A stretch of 62,650 nucleotides of DNA, counting the filler, from Choristocarpus tenellus KU-1152 (lineage: Eukaryota > Protista > Phaeophyceae): assembly GCA_964200185.2 (NCBI GenBank). It is 12 parts of 12 records of this genome, joined end to end, with 100 filler letters (N's around TTAATTAATTAA, not from the genome) between each part and the next. Parts side by side here need not be neighbours in the genome. Positions count along the whole stretch, not along the records: positions 49,743 to 54,348 come from CAXNAD020013816.1; positions 54,449 to 59,201 come from CAXNAD020013189.1; positions 59,302 to 62,650 come from CAXNAD020020639.1; 9 more parts are not named here. The stretch is one strand, 5' to 3'. The notes under the pieces were generated by a model. The model searched no databases and was not told the origin of the DNA. It saw only the letters and a program-made list of their open reading frames with translations. Every line of letters begins with the position of its first letter. The first letter of the stretch is position 1. This document shows positions 51,955-62,650 of this stretch, piece by piece. The position numbers and the translations under genes are program-made.

Positions 51955-53091
51955 ATGGCATCCTTCTCAGCTGCGGTACTCGGAGCATCAGGCCACGTGG
52001 GAGATCGAGTAGTCACTGCATTGCTGGCCGAGCCCCGATGTGAGAAGATTCTGCTGATCGGAAGAAGAAGTCTACCCTCCTTCGAAACAGAGCCTAGAAT
52101 TCAGCAACAAGTCGTGGACATGCATAACCTAGAAATGGAGGCAACGTGAGCAAAATTAGCATATCAATTATTGATCATTATGTACAGGCACTTCGTACTT
52201 CCATTCCCTGTAGCAGTATCAGGTAGATTTACTGCACATTGGATTGGAGCGGGTTTGGTCTTGATTGTAGTTGACATCGACTCTGCACACCCCCTGTTCA
52301 GGAATCTCCTTCGTGATGCCAATATACAAATGTGCTTCGTAACTATGGGAATTGGATCTCCAAGACGTGTGTCTCGAGATGAGCTGGAGCAAGTGGACGT
52401 AAAGCTTCCCACTGCTTTTGCCCGGGGTGCAAAGGCTTCCGCGACCGTTCGTCATATGGCGCTGCTTACTTCAGTCGGGGCTAACGTGGACTCAAAGCCG
52501 TCGAAATTGACTGGAACAGCTGCTGGTGGGGGGCTATATATGCATCTTAAGGGACTGGTGAGCTGTCTGGCTGTGATTAATCAGATATGGGAGGATCTTT
52601 GCTACAAGGGTATACCACTCCGTAAGTAATTTTCCTTACTGAAGGGAGGAGGGGGTAACGAGGATGGGGTGTACTTGACTTTAACCAAATGCAGTGGAAT
52701 GCATTTATTGTGCAAGCCCAGGTATAGATGTGTGTGTGTGTGTGTGTATGTGTGTTGCGTATGTAAGGCCTAGAGAGTTGCCAACAGCCTAAGAAATCGT
52801 ATCCCTCCTTGTGTTCTCCTTGACGCACAGGTGGAGCAGAATATGCAAGAAGTAGGATTCGAATCATTGGGTCTTTTCCGGCCGGCGACACTAATTGGTA
52901 ATGCTAACACTCCAGGCTGGGCTGCAGTGGCATCGAAGTCAATCTCATGGATGCTACCCACTAAGTATAAGGAGATACATATCGATCACCTTGGCGAGGC
53001 AATGGTCAAAGCTGCAGTGACTTCTCTTGATGCCAAGGGCCCAGCAGTGAAAATATATGAGGGTTCATCGCTATTTGGGCTGTTAAAGTGA
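51955..53091 (+). CDS. HTATIP2: HTATIP2/TIP30/CC3-like NAD(P)-binding oxidoreductase, complete, 235 aa, 3 exons
   Basis: Exons 51955-52145, 52302-52557, 52831-53091 (708 nt, ends TGA). VLGASGHVG Rossmann motif, LIGRR, LLTSVGAN, LYMHLKGLVEQ (YxxxK), LFRPATLIG. Confidence 0.9.
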
Positions 53092-54085
53092 CCAGATGCG
53101 ATACTGAAACAGGCAGTAACTGAGTATCCCACGTGAGTGTGTGTTTGTGTGTGTGCATTATTGGTCATATGGCTGGGTTTTATACAGGAGGTATGCTTGG
53201 TGAATGTACGGCACAGAGATCTTCTGTTCTCATTGCAGTACTTTTACCCTTCTGATTGCATAGTACAGGCCTAAAATGCACTCGAGTAGATGGCCAGGTC
53301 CTATGGGAAGGAGAGGGGAATGAAATTTCAGTGCCACACCAGGTCCAGCCGATCCGAACACAAACAAGTCAACACACATCACCCAAAGGAAAGAGGGGAA
53401 AGGAAAAAGAGTATTACACGAATAATCAACTCAAAGAAGAAAGACAGTGAGAACGCAATATTCAGTAGGTAGTGGTGGGTATGTATGTGCCCTGATCTGC
53501 TTGGGCTGTCTTACCTGCTGCCTTAGCTGCTGCCTAGTCAGAATACATTTGGAACCTGTCCACCCCATCCTCCACAAGTTCCAATGGTTGGTGGACCTGG
53601 TTTGGACATATTATTAAATATTGGAACTGGTCTAGGCTGCGGACTGATCAGTTTCTTTGCATTTGAACAGGGTGATGAAAAGCCCTGAATTTAAAAAAGA
53701 AAATCAAAGGTAGAAATGGATATCGCACACTCTCTATTGGTGTGACCTTATCTATCAAGAACTGAGTTGCCTCCTTCCCCACCTTCCACTCTTTTTTAGG
53801 TGATGGGCTTGTCCCAACATCTAAATGATGGTTGCAGTAGCCTATGTTCTGCTTACGTTGTGTGTGCTGGTACAGAGGTGTACCTATATAGGAGAGGTCG
53901 ATATAAGAGATAACGGAATATAACAGAGGGTAAATCGCCTTGTCATCACTTTTCAGGCTATAAGAGAGGTTTCGGCGTTTTCCTGCCAATTCTCTCTTAT
54001 ATCGAGCAAACTTGCATTTTGTTTTACTCACGAATTCTGGATTATTATTATTTGCTTATTCCTTGTTTGCCATTCCTCTATTCTC

Positions 54086-54322
54086 CATTCCCCATTTGAT
54101 GAACAACCAGTGTGAATCCACTTTATCACTGATTACCAGCCATCCCCTACATTTGATGACCAACCAGTGCGAATGCCCTTCATCACTGATTGCCAGCCAT
54201 CCCCCACATTTGATGACCAACCAGTGTGAATCCCCTTGATCACTGATTGCCAGCCATCCCCCACATTTGATGACCAACCAGTGTGAATGCCCTTCACCGC
54301 TGATTGCCAGTCATCCCCCACC
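54086..54322. repeat. 57-bp tandem repeat, about 4.2 copies
   Basis: CCATCCCCCACATTTGATGACCAACCAGTGTGAATCCCCTTCATCACTGATTGCCAG consensus. Confidence 0.95.
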
Positions 54323-55453
54323 TTTCAACCCCACAGCAGTTCCCACACNNNNNNNNNNNNNNNNNNNNNNNNNNNNNNNNNNNNNNNNNNNNTTAATTAA
54401 TTAANNNNNNNNNNNNNNNNNNNNNNNNNNNNNNNNNNNNNNNNNNNNCCACCATGACACAATTGGTGATTCTAAACATCCCCCACGACTGATTGGACCC
54501 TGCCCAACACAGTGGTACTCACGCCGGGTATTTTATTTCCTTAGGACTTACACTGACATGTTAGTAGTATTTATTAGTTGTTTCTCCCCCCTGACACATC
54601 TGAAAAATGTCGGCGGTCATAATAATAAAAAATAGTGTAAACTCTACAGCGTAAATGAAAAATAACATATTTTCTTCGGTACAAGCTTGATGGTATTTAC
54701 CGTTAGGCAATGTGTTTTGTTTTGTTCCTGTTAAAACACTTAGGTTAGCTTTTTCTTCATTGTACTTTTTTTAACTTTTCGTTCAAATCAACGATGGAGC
54801 AGAAAAGGGCATACAAACAACCATCATCATCGCGCGAAGGTCGTTTTCACGTGACCAAGAACAGGGATTATCACAAGTGTTGGAAACACCACTGGTATCA
54901 ACATTAATTGAATCTGTTATTCTCCAGTTCCGAAGACGGAAATACATGCGTTAAAGGTGAGAGTTCTTCTTCAAGACTATTCAGATTCGTGAACTTATAC
55001 TACAGAAAAGTCGTAACGAGCACTTTAAGAGCCTGGACGCGATGCTGCTCCAATTTTGAGCGACCTCAATTTCGATTGTTTTCTTTCCTAAACTATTCCG
55101 CAAAGTCGAAGAGGTGTTGCGCTTGGGACACAACCAGGTCCTGAAAAAATCGAAACTGGGTGGTTTGGTCCTGAACGCCCGCCCTCCGCCCGTCCAAACA
55201 GATACAGGTAGTCGAGTAGAAGACAAAATTCACTAATACGCTGCCGCGGTGGAAGGAGGGAGATCTCCTTACGTGTCGTAGACGTCGACCGCTTCACTAT
55301 TCTCATTTTTGGGCTGCGTCTGTTGACCCGGCCGTTTTTCGGCGAACGTCGCACTTCAATTGGTTGGTTCTTCCAGACACACCCATTATCGTCCCAGGAT
55401 AACATAAGCACCACTGCCAGAGACGAGGCCCAGTGGTACTGACGGAGGGATTA

Positions 55454-58400
55454 ATGGAAAAGAATACTCTTGGAAGATTTTTCGAAGATAGTGGGCGGCG
55501 ACGTCGAGAGGAGGCTGAACCTATGCCGACTATTCTGACAATGATTACCGACAGTTGGACTGCATCACCTATATCGGGCAATAATGCAGGGTCTGAGAAT
55601 TCAATGGCGCAAGAAACCTCGTCGCTGCTCGAAGGGCAACGTATAGGACCAGCTGTTGTAAATGGTTATCAATTGGTAAGTTTAGTGAGTTTGTTTTTCT
55701 GGTTAAGTATGAACATGGATTGTAGGAAGGAATGATTGGCACAGGGGACCAGGCAAAACGGTGCAATTTTGAGCTCTTTAATGTAATGCCGCTTTGGCTA
55801 GGTAAGGACTGATCGTAGACGAAGAAAGATGATATTCAACTGGAATGTAAACTGTTACATTAAAAATGAATGTATTGTTACCTTGAGAACATGAGCGAAT
55901 ATTCAAGGGCGATACATCACATGTAGAGTTCTTCCCCAAGTTGCTGCTGATGCTTGACCATTGACGAAGGGGGATATTAGAGAGAAGAATATACTTCATG
56001 GTAGAGATTTTGCATGAAGATGAACTGGTAAGCGTATTGGGGTTATTCGTAAGAAGTGTCAAGGGAAGAAAAGTTTGATGAATCAAAACAAGGCTACTAT
56101 GGTATTTACTTGCTTTTTTGCTGTAATGATTCGTATGTATTGACAGGTCAGAATTTGGGATGATTATAGTCAGAGAAGGATGGTTGGTTATCGTTGTGCA
56201 TCAAACACAGAACTATGTTGTGTACCTCTCAATTGACTTGCTTGTTCTTCCCACCAATAGTCGATGAAACACCACCCATTTCCTCTCAGTGATACCATCC
56301 CGCACTGCCTTTTTTTCTCAGGAGAATTCTTTGGATCCCTCTTCTTATGCTGTTCCTGTCCCCTACCCCCAACTTGTGGGCGATGGGTTGAGTGTGAGGG
56401 AATCAATGGTATATAACCCCATGAAGTCCTCCAAAACGTTGGATACAGTTACAAATTCGGTTCCAATGGATGAGGAGTCTACAACAGGGGTTGAAGAGTT
56501 GGTTTTGACCAAGGCACAAACTAAGGCCAAGACCGAGGTTCCATTGGCAGAACCTCAAACCACGAGGACAGGTCGTCAAGTCCGGAAGCCCATCAAACTG
56601 CAGCCTGAAGGGCTGGGACCACAAAGGGCATCCCAAACATCCCTCCCCAAGGACATCCCAAACCCCCCCAAGCGACTGAAGCATGCTGTTGCTGGCACCT
56701 ACTCAACTTTTATCCATCATCCCTCCCACTCACCTGCCCATAATGTGAGTGCAGGTGCAGGAGTCGTGCAGCCGCACACAGTTGCTGCACGTAATGTTTG
56801 TGTCCTGGGAGGTACTGAACGTTGTGTTGCTCGCCTGGGTACCATTGTTGCATTAAAGAGTGCCACTCGTGCCACCACTCCAACCACTTCTGCTGCTGCA
56901 GTACCTCTGCAGGCTGGAGGGGTGGAGATCTGGGGGGTTGATGGGAGTAGGAGTGGTGGAGGAATTGTCAACTGTAATCAAGCTGGTGGGGGTGACCATG
57001 CACCTCCACCCCCATTAACTGGAACAATTGGAGCAGGCAGTCATTCTGGGACTGTTGTAGGATCTTCCACCCCATGGGAGGTCTCTGTGGTAGGGTTGGA
57101 TTTAGAGAGAAGGGCTGGTGGAGGGATGGTGGGAACTGAACCTGGGACTGGTGTTGTCGGTAAGGCACAGAAAGCTATTGTGGTAGATGGGGTGGTGGAA
57201 GTGGGGCAAGCTGAAGGAGCTCGAAGGCCCAAGGGCCCTGATGCCTCTTCTGCAGAGTCCATCCGGCAATTCAAGCGTGCTTTTGATGATGTAAGTAATA
57301 TTGTGTTGCTATTTTGAAATTTAATTGCAGGGGAGTTGTGTATTTTGGATGCATATAAGAACTTGTGGACTGTTGATCACTGAAATGTTGAGCATGCTAT
57401 GCTTTTTTGTGTTTGAATTGTCTTGGTTTGTACTGCAAGATGTCCAGATTGTTTTCCTTGCTGAGGTCAAATAACAGCAATGAAATGTGGTGGTTCTTGG
57501 TGTGAAATATCACACGCGTCACACACAAACAGCAATACATCTGATACACTAGTCTTCCATGTTCTGGCCCTTATTCGTTCACTGTGAAGGTGATATGGCC
57601 CAATCTTGTAGCCAATCATGGTTGGATGCGTGAGCAAGGGCACCGCCCCAATGACAACTATTTTCTTCCACCAGGGGTCACAAGGGGCAGGGGATCGAAA
57701 TGTCGTATTCATTACTTTGACAGCTCCAAGCAGGTATGGTTATATTGAAAGTGTGGTGACATATCTTGGGACCCAATATCCATTGCTGTATAGTGTATGA
57801 TGCAGATCATACTTAACTGCTGAGATATTTTGTTGTACATACTGAACTGAGCTGCACATTATGTTTTTGTGAGATTATGCCACAAAATGTGATGTAGGGC
57901 AATCATGTTTGTGCTCTGACTATTCAGCACAAAGGGATGGCTAGACTGTGAATTGTACCACAGAGCCAGGTATGCAATCTTTCTGACATTGTTGGTAACT
58001 TACACAATGTTGATTTCGTATTGTTAACATTGTGTCCAGTCTTCCCTCTGCCCCCTCAATCACATATCTACACAACCCTATGATATTCCTACACCCCTAC
58101 CTCCACACACTACTATTCCTGTGCTCATGAAGGTGATGTTGTACATCTTTCAACGTGAGGAGCAGTATGGGGAGCTGCTTCAGAAAGCATGGGAGCATGC
58201 TGCTAGCATACCCAAGCCCATTGCTAGCAGCAAGGGAAGCTCCACCAAAACCAGGCGCCAGAAGCGAAAGAGTGGTATATCTCGACGGGTAAGCACAGAG
58301 ATTACTGTCATGATCACAAATGTCTTTCCTGAAAGCAGACTTCAAGTAGCCCTTATGTGAGATGTGAGGGGTCAGGAGTCGACTGTGTGAGTGTGGGTGC

Positions 58401-59016
58401 CCTTGGGTATGTCCCCTTTTGTGTGTGCCTGTTTTCACTGAGTTTCTCTTAGGTATCATTTTTTTTTTTGAGGGAGGGAGGCAGTGTAGTTTGTCTCGTA
58501 AAGTTTTGCATTTTGAGTAATATTTGCTGTTGTGTGAAAGGGACAACTCCCTCCTTGGTAGTACAAGTGTTCATACTTTGAGTCTATGGCTAGTGGATAT
58601 CTCTCTTGTACTCGACATAAACTTGATACTTTTCTTGCCCTACATATATCACCTAGGCATGCCCTTGGTGTCTGTGACTCCTCGCTTTGTTCAACCGTTG
58701 ATCTCCACCTGGTTTGTTTTCCGATACTCCTTGCCTTTCTACTCATGGTGTGCTGTGCTTGTGCTGTTGCTATCACTTGCTTGGTGCTGTTTGGTTGGTT
58801 GGTGTAAGCAAAAGAGGCCACACAGAGTGCAATAGGTTTACATCTTTGATATACAAGTCTTTGTTGCTGAGGGCCAAATGGTTCAGTCAATTTTTCATTA
58901 CACCCCACTCCTGCTGTTGCTTCCTTCCACTGATTTGATTGTGTGTGCGTCAGAGGCGTGGGGGTATGAAGGATGAATATCCAAAGAAAGTCTCAAGGAC
59001 AGGTGTCAGGTATCAG
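55454..59016 (+). CDS. Large low-complexity nuclear protein, 5' part, possibly ELM2(-SANT) type, 4 exons
   Basis: Exons 55454-55675, 56322-57290, 58133-58288, 58954-59016, all phase 0 and GT-AG; basic motifs TRTGRQVRKP and KTRRQKRK; ends KVSRTGVRYQ, resembling the ELM2 start (RVGxxYQA). Confidence 0.7.
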
Positions 59017-59533
59017 GTGCGTCCTACCCATCCCCATTCGCCCCCTAGGCCCCCCTCAAATTGAAAAGTCTCCACAATACAAGAAATATGTCCTTTAGAC
59101 GCTGTTGTTTTGGAGTCTTGGAAGGTGGAGATATCACCCCCCCCCCCCCCCCCCTCCCCCCCCCTCCACCCCCCTTTTGTGTCCGTCTTAAAAAATAGTA
59201 TNNNNNNNNNNNNNNNNNNNNNNNNNNNNNNNNNNNNNNNNNNNNTTAATTAATTAANNNNNNNNNNNNNNNNNNNNNNNNNNNNNNNNNNNNNNNNNNN
59301 NAAAAAAAAGGTAAGCTCAAGTCACATGCAACGCACAGAACACGGTAGAGCACTGTCTAAACCAAAAAAGAAATCTCAATATAGGTTTCTGCATCTACTA
59401 CATCTACTACATCTACTACATCTACCGCCAACACATGACAGGGTTCTTCGACCAGAAAAATCCTTACAACTCACCCCACTCACCCCACTCACCCCAACCC
59501 CTTACACCGCTCAAGCTTCAAAAACTAACTCAC

Positions 59534-60866
59534 TTCTTGCCCTTCTTCTTCAGACCATACACAGTCATCAAACCCCCAAGTTCCTGCACAGTCATCTTCC
59601 TGAACAAGGGCATCCCAGACGTATTGACACTGACCGGAGAGCGTCCACCATCCCCACCACCAGGCCCCCATGATTCTACCCCTCCCCCAACGCTCATTTC
59701 CTGCTCAAGCACGTCCACATGACTTCCTCCAGCCTCTTGGCTATGCTGCTGCTGGTGTCCCCTCGAGGAACCTGACAGAAGAGAAGACCCTTCAGACTTT
59801 GACCCAACTCCACCTTCACAACCAACTTCGAGCCCACGTGACAAGCCTCCAGTTCTTTCAACCCTCCCATCCTCAACCATGACATCCCCCTGTCCCATTG
59901 AAGTCTTCGGCCCCCCTGCCCCGACTGCTCCCCCCACTCCATGTTGCCTCACAGGCACCCTTGCTGACGCAGTTGGCCATCGCCTTCGTGACCCTACCAA
60001 ACCGTGCAACGGCACTGAGATCAATGGCATCGAATTGGAACTCGAACTCGTTGGATCTTGAACTTGACTCATGCCTTGTTGTACCGGGGAGAAGCTCCTT
60101 GCGACACACTCCAGGGCCGGGGAAAGCTCTGGGTTCGTTGATGGGGCAGGGTCAAGGGCTGTCAATGCCCTGTGGCCTTCCCAGAGGCTACAGAACAAAG
60201 ATTCGTCTCCGGAGGAGTCTTTGTCAGAGTCTTTGTCAGAGTCTTCTGGGCTGCTTCTGATGTCACAGTTGTGCTTTTCACTGCCTTCAACATTGGTGCC
60301 AATGTGATCGAAATTGTCTATTAGCTGATCGGCCCGACCCACGTCCCCCTCAAACAGTCTCGGGCAAGGAAAGAGAAGACAGTCTGTTGTGGCGGCGGGG
60401 CGGTGCTCGTGGTGACCAGAGCCATGACTGGTGACTTCACTCTCAATGACTTCCACCTCGGTCTCCAGGTCGCCATCGCAATCAACCTGAGTGTCTCCGC
60501 TGTGAATGCACATGTCATCCTCATCATCACTACCACCCTTCGCCTCCACTCGATACAACTCCTCCGGTGCTGTTGTCTGCAGCATTTCTGAAAAGAAGGA
60601 ACAGGGGGGGTGGGACAGGGCAATGGAGGAGAGTACACTGTGAGAAATAGACGGAGTCAGAACACATCATAAACATCGATTCCTGCTTTGTGAAACAAGA
60701 CCCGATCGTTGGGCGTCACCACTATGCAGCTCATGAAACCAATCAATGACTGTACTGTACTGCAAGGTCAGAGGAATGTAGACAATAACTCGATCCACAC
60801 ACACGTTGTCCTTCACCTTATAAAACAAAAAAGACAGTGCAATTTCTAATACAGCCATCTCACTCG

Positions 60867-60904
<38 letters not shown>

Positions 60905-62578
60905 ACACACACACACCTAAAATAAAAAGGTAAAAATGTGCAGGGAAACAAATATTTCTCTGACCAATCAACTCTTTCCATATCTGTAAAGAAAAAGAAG
61001 ATGCCATGTCCTTCCACTCGCACTTGAATGGTCTTGCACATCTGACTCCCACTGACAATACCAAACAGCAACTAAGCTTGTCTTCTTACCTTGTCCTCCA
61101 CTCTCCGAAGCTGCCTCTGTAGAGTCTTGCAAATCCAACCCCCAGACAAAATCCTCCCCGGTCACATCTAGCACATCATTGCCTACACTGTCCATACTAT
61201 TGCCCCAACCGCTCCTTTCAATGCTGCCTCTTTCCTCCCCCCCACTGCAAAACATGACATCTCTGGTCTCCCCCCCTCCCCTAGCCTCCTCTTCCACCTC
61301 CTCTGATGCACCGCTCCCTTCCCTAGACAACCTTCCGTCCTGAAAACGACCCTCACCAATGTGCCTCCTCTGAAGATCAAGCGCATCTCTGATCACCAAC
61401 AAAAAATACATCAACCCCTCCACAAAATCACTTCTCCTGACTACACCCTCCCCCCCACCCCCGCAGATCTCCCCCGACCCATCGCTTTGCCCCCCTACCC
61501 CTGAAAGCCCCTGCTCCTGGGCTGTAGGCAACGACCTACGGCACACCTCGTGGCCATTCTGCAAACCTCTTGCCTCTATTATGCCTTCTTGAACCTTCTC
61601 ACAGGCCTCTCTAAGCTCGGTCGCTCCCTGTCGGAAAATAAAGGCAACATTCTCCTCCCAGTCTGGGAAAACTGCACCAATGTTTGCAGGTGCCCTCGTA
61701 ATCCAGCCCCTTGCCGCTGCTGCTCCCTCACCAACCAACGAACCCTCTTCATCCAACATGTCACCTCCATCAAGACTCTTTCCTTCATCAATACACCTAA
61801 ATGTCTCCTCCCTCACTGCCACTCCAGATCCCATACCTCTCAACTCATCACCCTGCACATCCCCACCCCACTTGTCACATGGCGTTCCCCTCTCTGACCT
61901 CCTAACAAGCCTCTGAGAGGAGGAGAACAACGTCTGTGACAGCTGCTGCAGGGCTGTTATCCCTTCCTCTTCCTCACCCCCCCCCTCCCCAAGGCTGTTG
62001 CCACCCTCGGCATCGCTCTCTTCCTCTACTTCAACCTCACTCCCCACCTCCATCTCCATAACCCCTTCTTCCTGCTGCTCACTTCTTTCTATAAGGCCAC
62101 TACTTACTGCACCACTATTACTCAATTCTCCATCCCTCCTACTCCCCTTTAGAGGGATCTCAACCACATTAGAAGGCGGTACATCCTCCTCCTCCTTGCC
62201 CTCCTCCTTCCCATCTTGCCTATCTCCATCCTTCCCCTGGAGTTCAGCAAACACTCCTGTGAGAAAGTTTGACTGGCTTAGATCCCCAGCCTCTTGCGCT
62301 ATGCTCCACCGGCTCCTCCCTCCCCCTGCCCTGCGATTTCCTGACAGTGAAGAGCGAGATACCCTTCGCCTACATACTTCCTCCTCCCCAACACACACAC
62401 TCTTTCCAGTAGACACAACAACAGTTTCAGAAAAAACACCCCCTTCCCCTGATTTATCAACTCCCGTGCAGTCATTGTCTGAATGAAGCACTTGTTGCAT
62501 TGTAATATTCACACAAGACTCCCGCCGCCTTCTCCTGTATTCCCTCCTTTCCTCAGCAGGGAAGAGCTCTGCCAAGAT
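59534..62578 (-). CDS. Large acidic disordered protein with SLX4-like SAP motif, partial, 2 long exons
   Basis: Exons 62578-61090 and 60587-59534 joined in phase 1 (CAAG|gtaaga ... ttttcag|AA); ends MPLFRKMTVQELGGLMTVYGLKKKGK|gtgagt, resembling SLX4 MPxYxxMxxxELxxxLxxYGLK. Confidence 0.6.
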
Positions 62579-62650
62579 CTGTGGTGTGTACAGATGAGAT
62601 GGAGGGAGTTGGACATAATACTATTTTTGTTCAGAGAGGGGGGCGGGGGG

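Noticed and set aside
56745-56912. Possible in-frame 168-nt exitron (GTGAGT...CTGCAG) within the long exon
   Set aside because: The ORF is open either way and there is no transcript evidence.

Overview
Eukaryotic, intron-rich draft genome sequence. It is not one locus: 12 short contigs (about 3.3-7.6 kb) are joined by 11 identical artificial 100-bp spacers (44N-TTAATTAATTAA-44N), so adjacency across spacers means nothing. TTAGGG repeats, intron size, TE families and a PMCA insertion suggest a stramenopile, brown-alga-like host (inference only). Spliced genes rebuilt by hand from GT-AG boundaries and phase: partial RTF1 (Plus3), partial PA-domain membrane protein, partial bubblegum-type long-chain acyl-CoA ligase, partial CHD-type SNF2 remodeller, partial P2B Ca2+-ATPase, a complete HTATIP2/TIP30-like oxidoreductase head-to-head with an unknown membrane protein, a possible ELM2-type chromatin protein and a possible SLX4-like scaffold. 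The rest is decayed TEs (RTE-like LINE, CRE-like RLE element, Gypsy-like remnants, a CCCH-finger repeat), a Harbinger/Tourist-like MITE superfamily with 3-bp TSDs, and many micro/minisatellites. I found no prokaryote-style system (no CRISPR array, no Fanzor/TnpB, no operon). The most interesting signals are: CpG-island-like gene starts against CpG-depleted gene bodies and TEs, with CpG>TpG changes between repeat copies; pervasive interstitial TTAGGG, including one case where a MITE terminal repeat has been converted into (CCCTAA)2; and conserved PMCA exons whose AAG acceptors sit directly at the end of satellite arrays without a polypyrimidine tract. All family calls come from motif recognition, not database searches.
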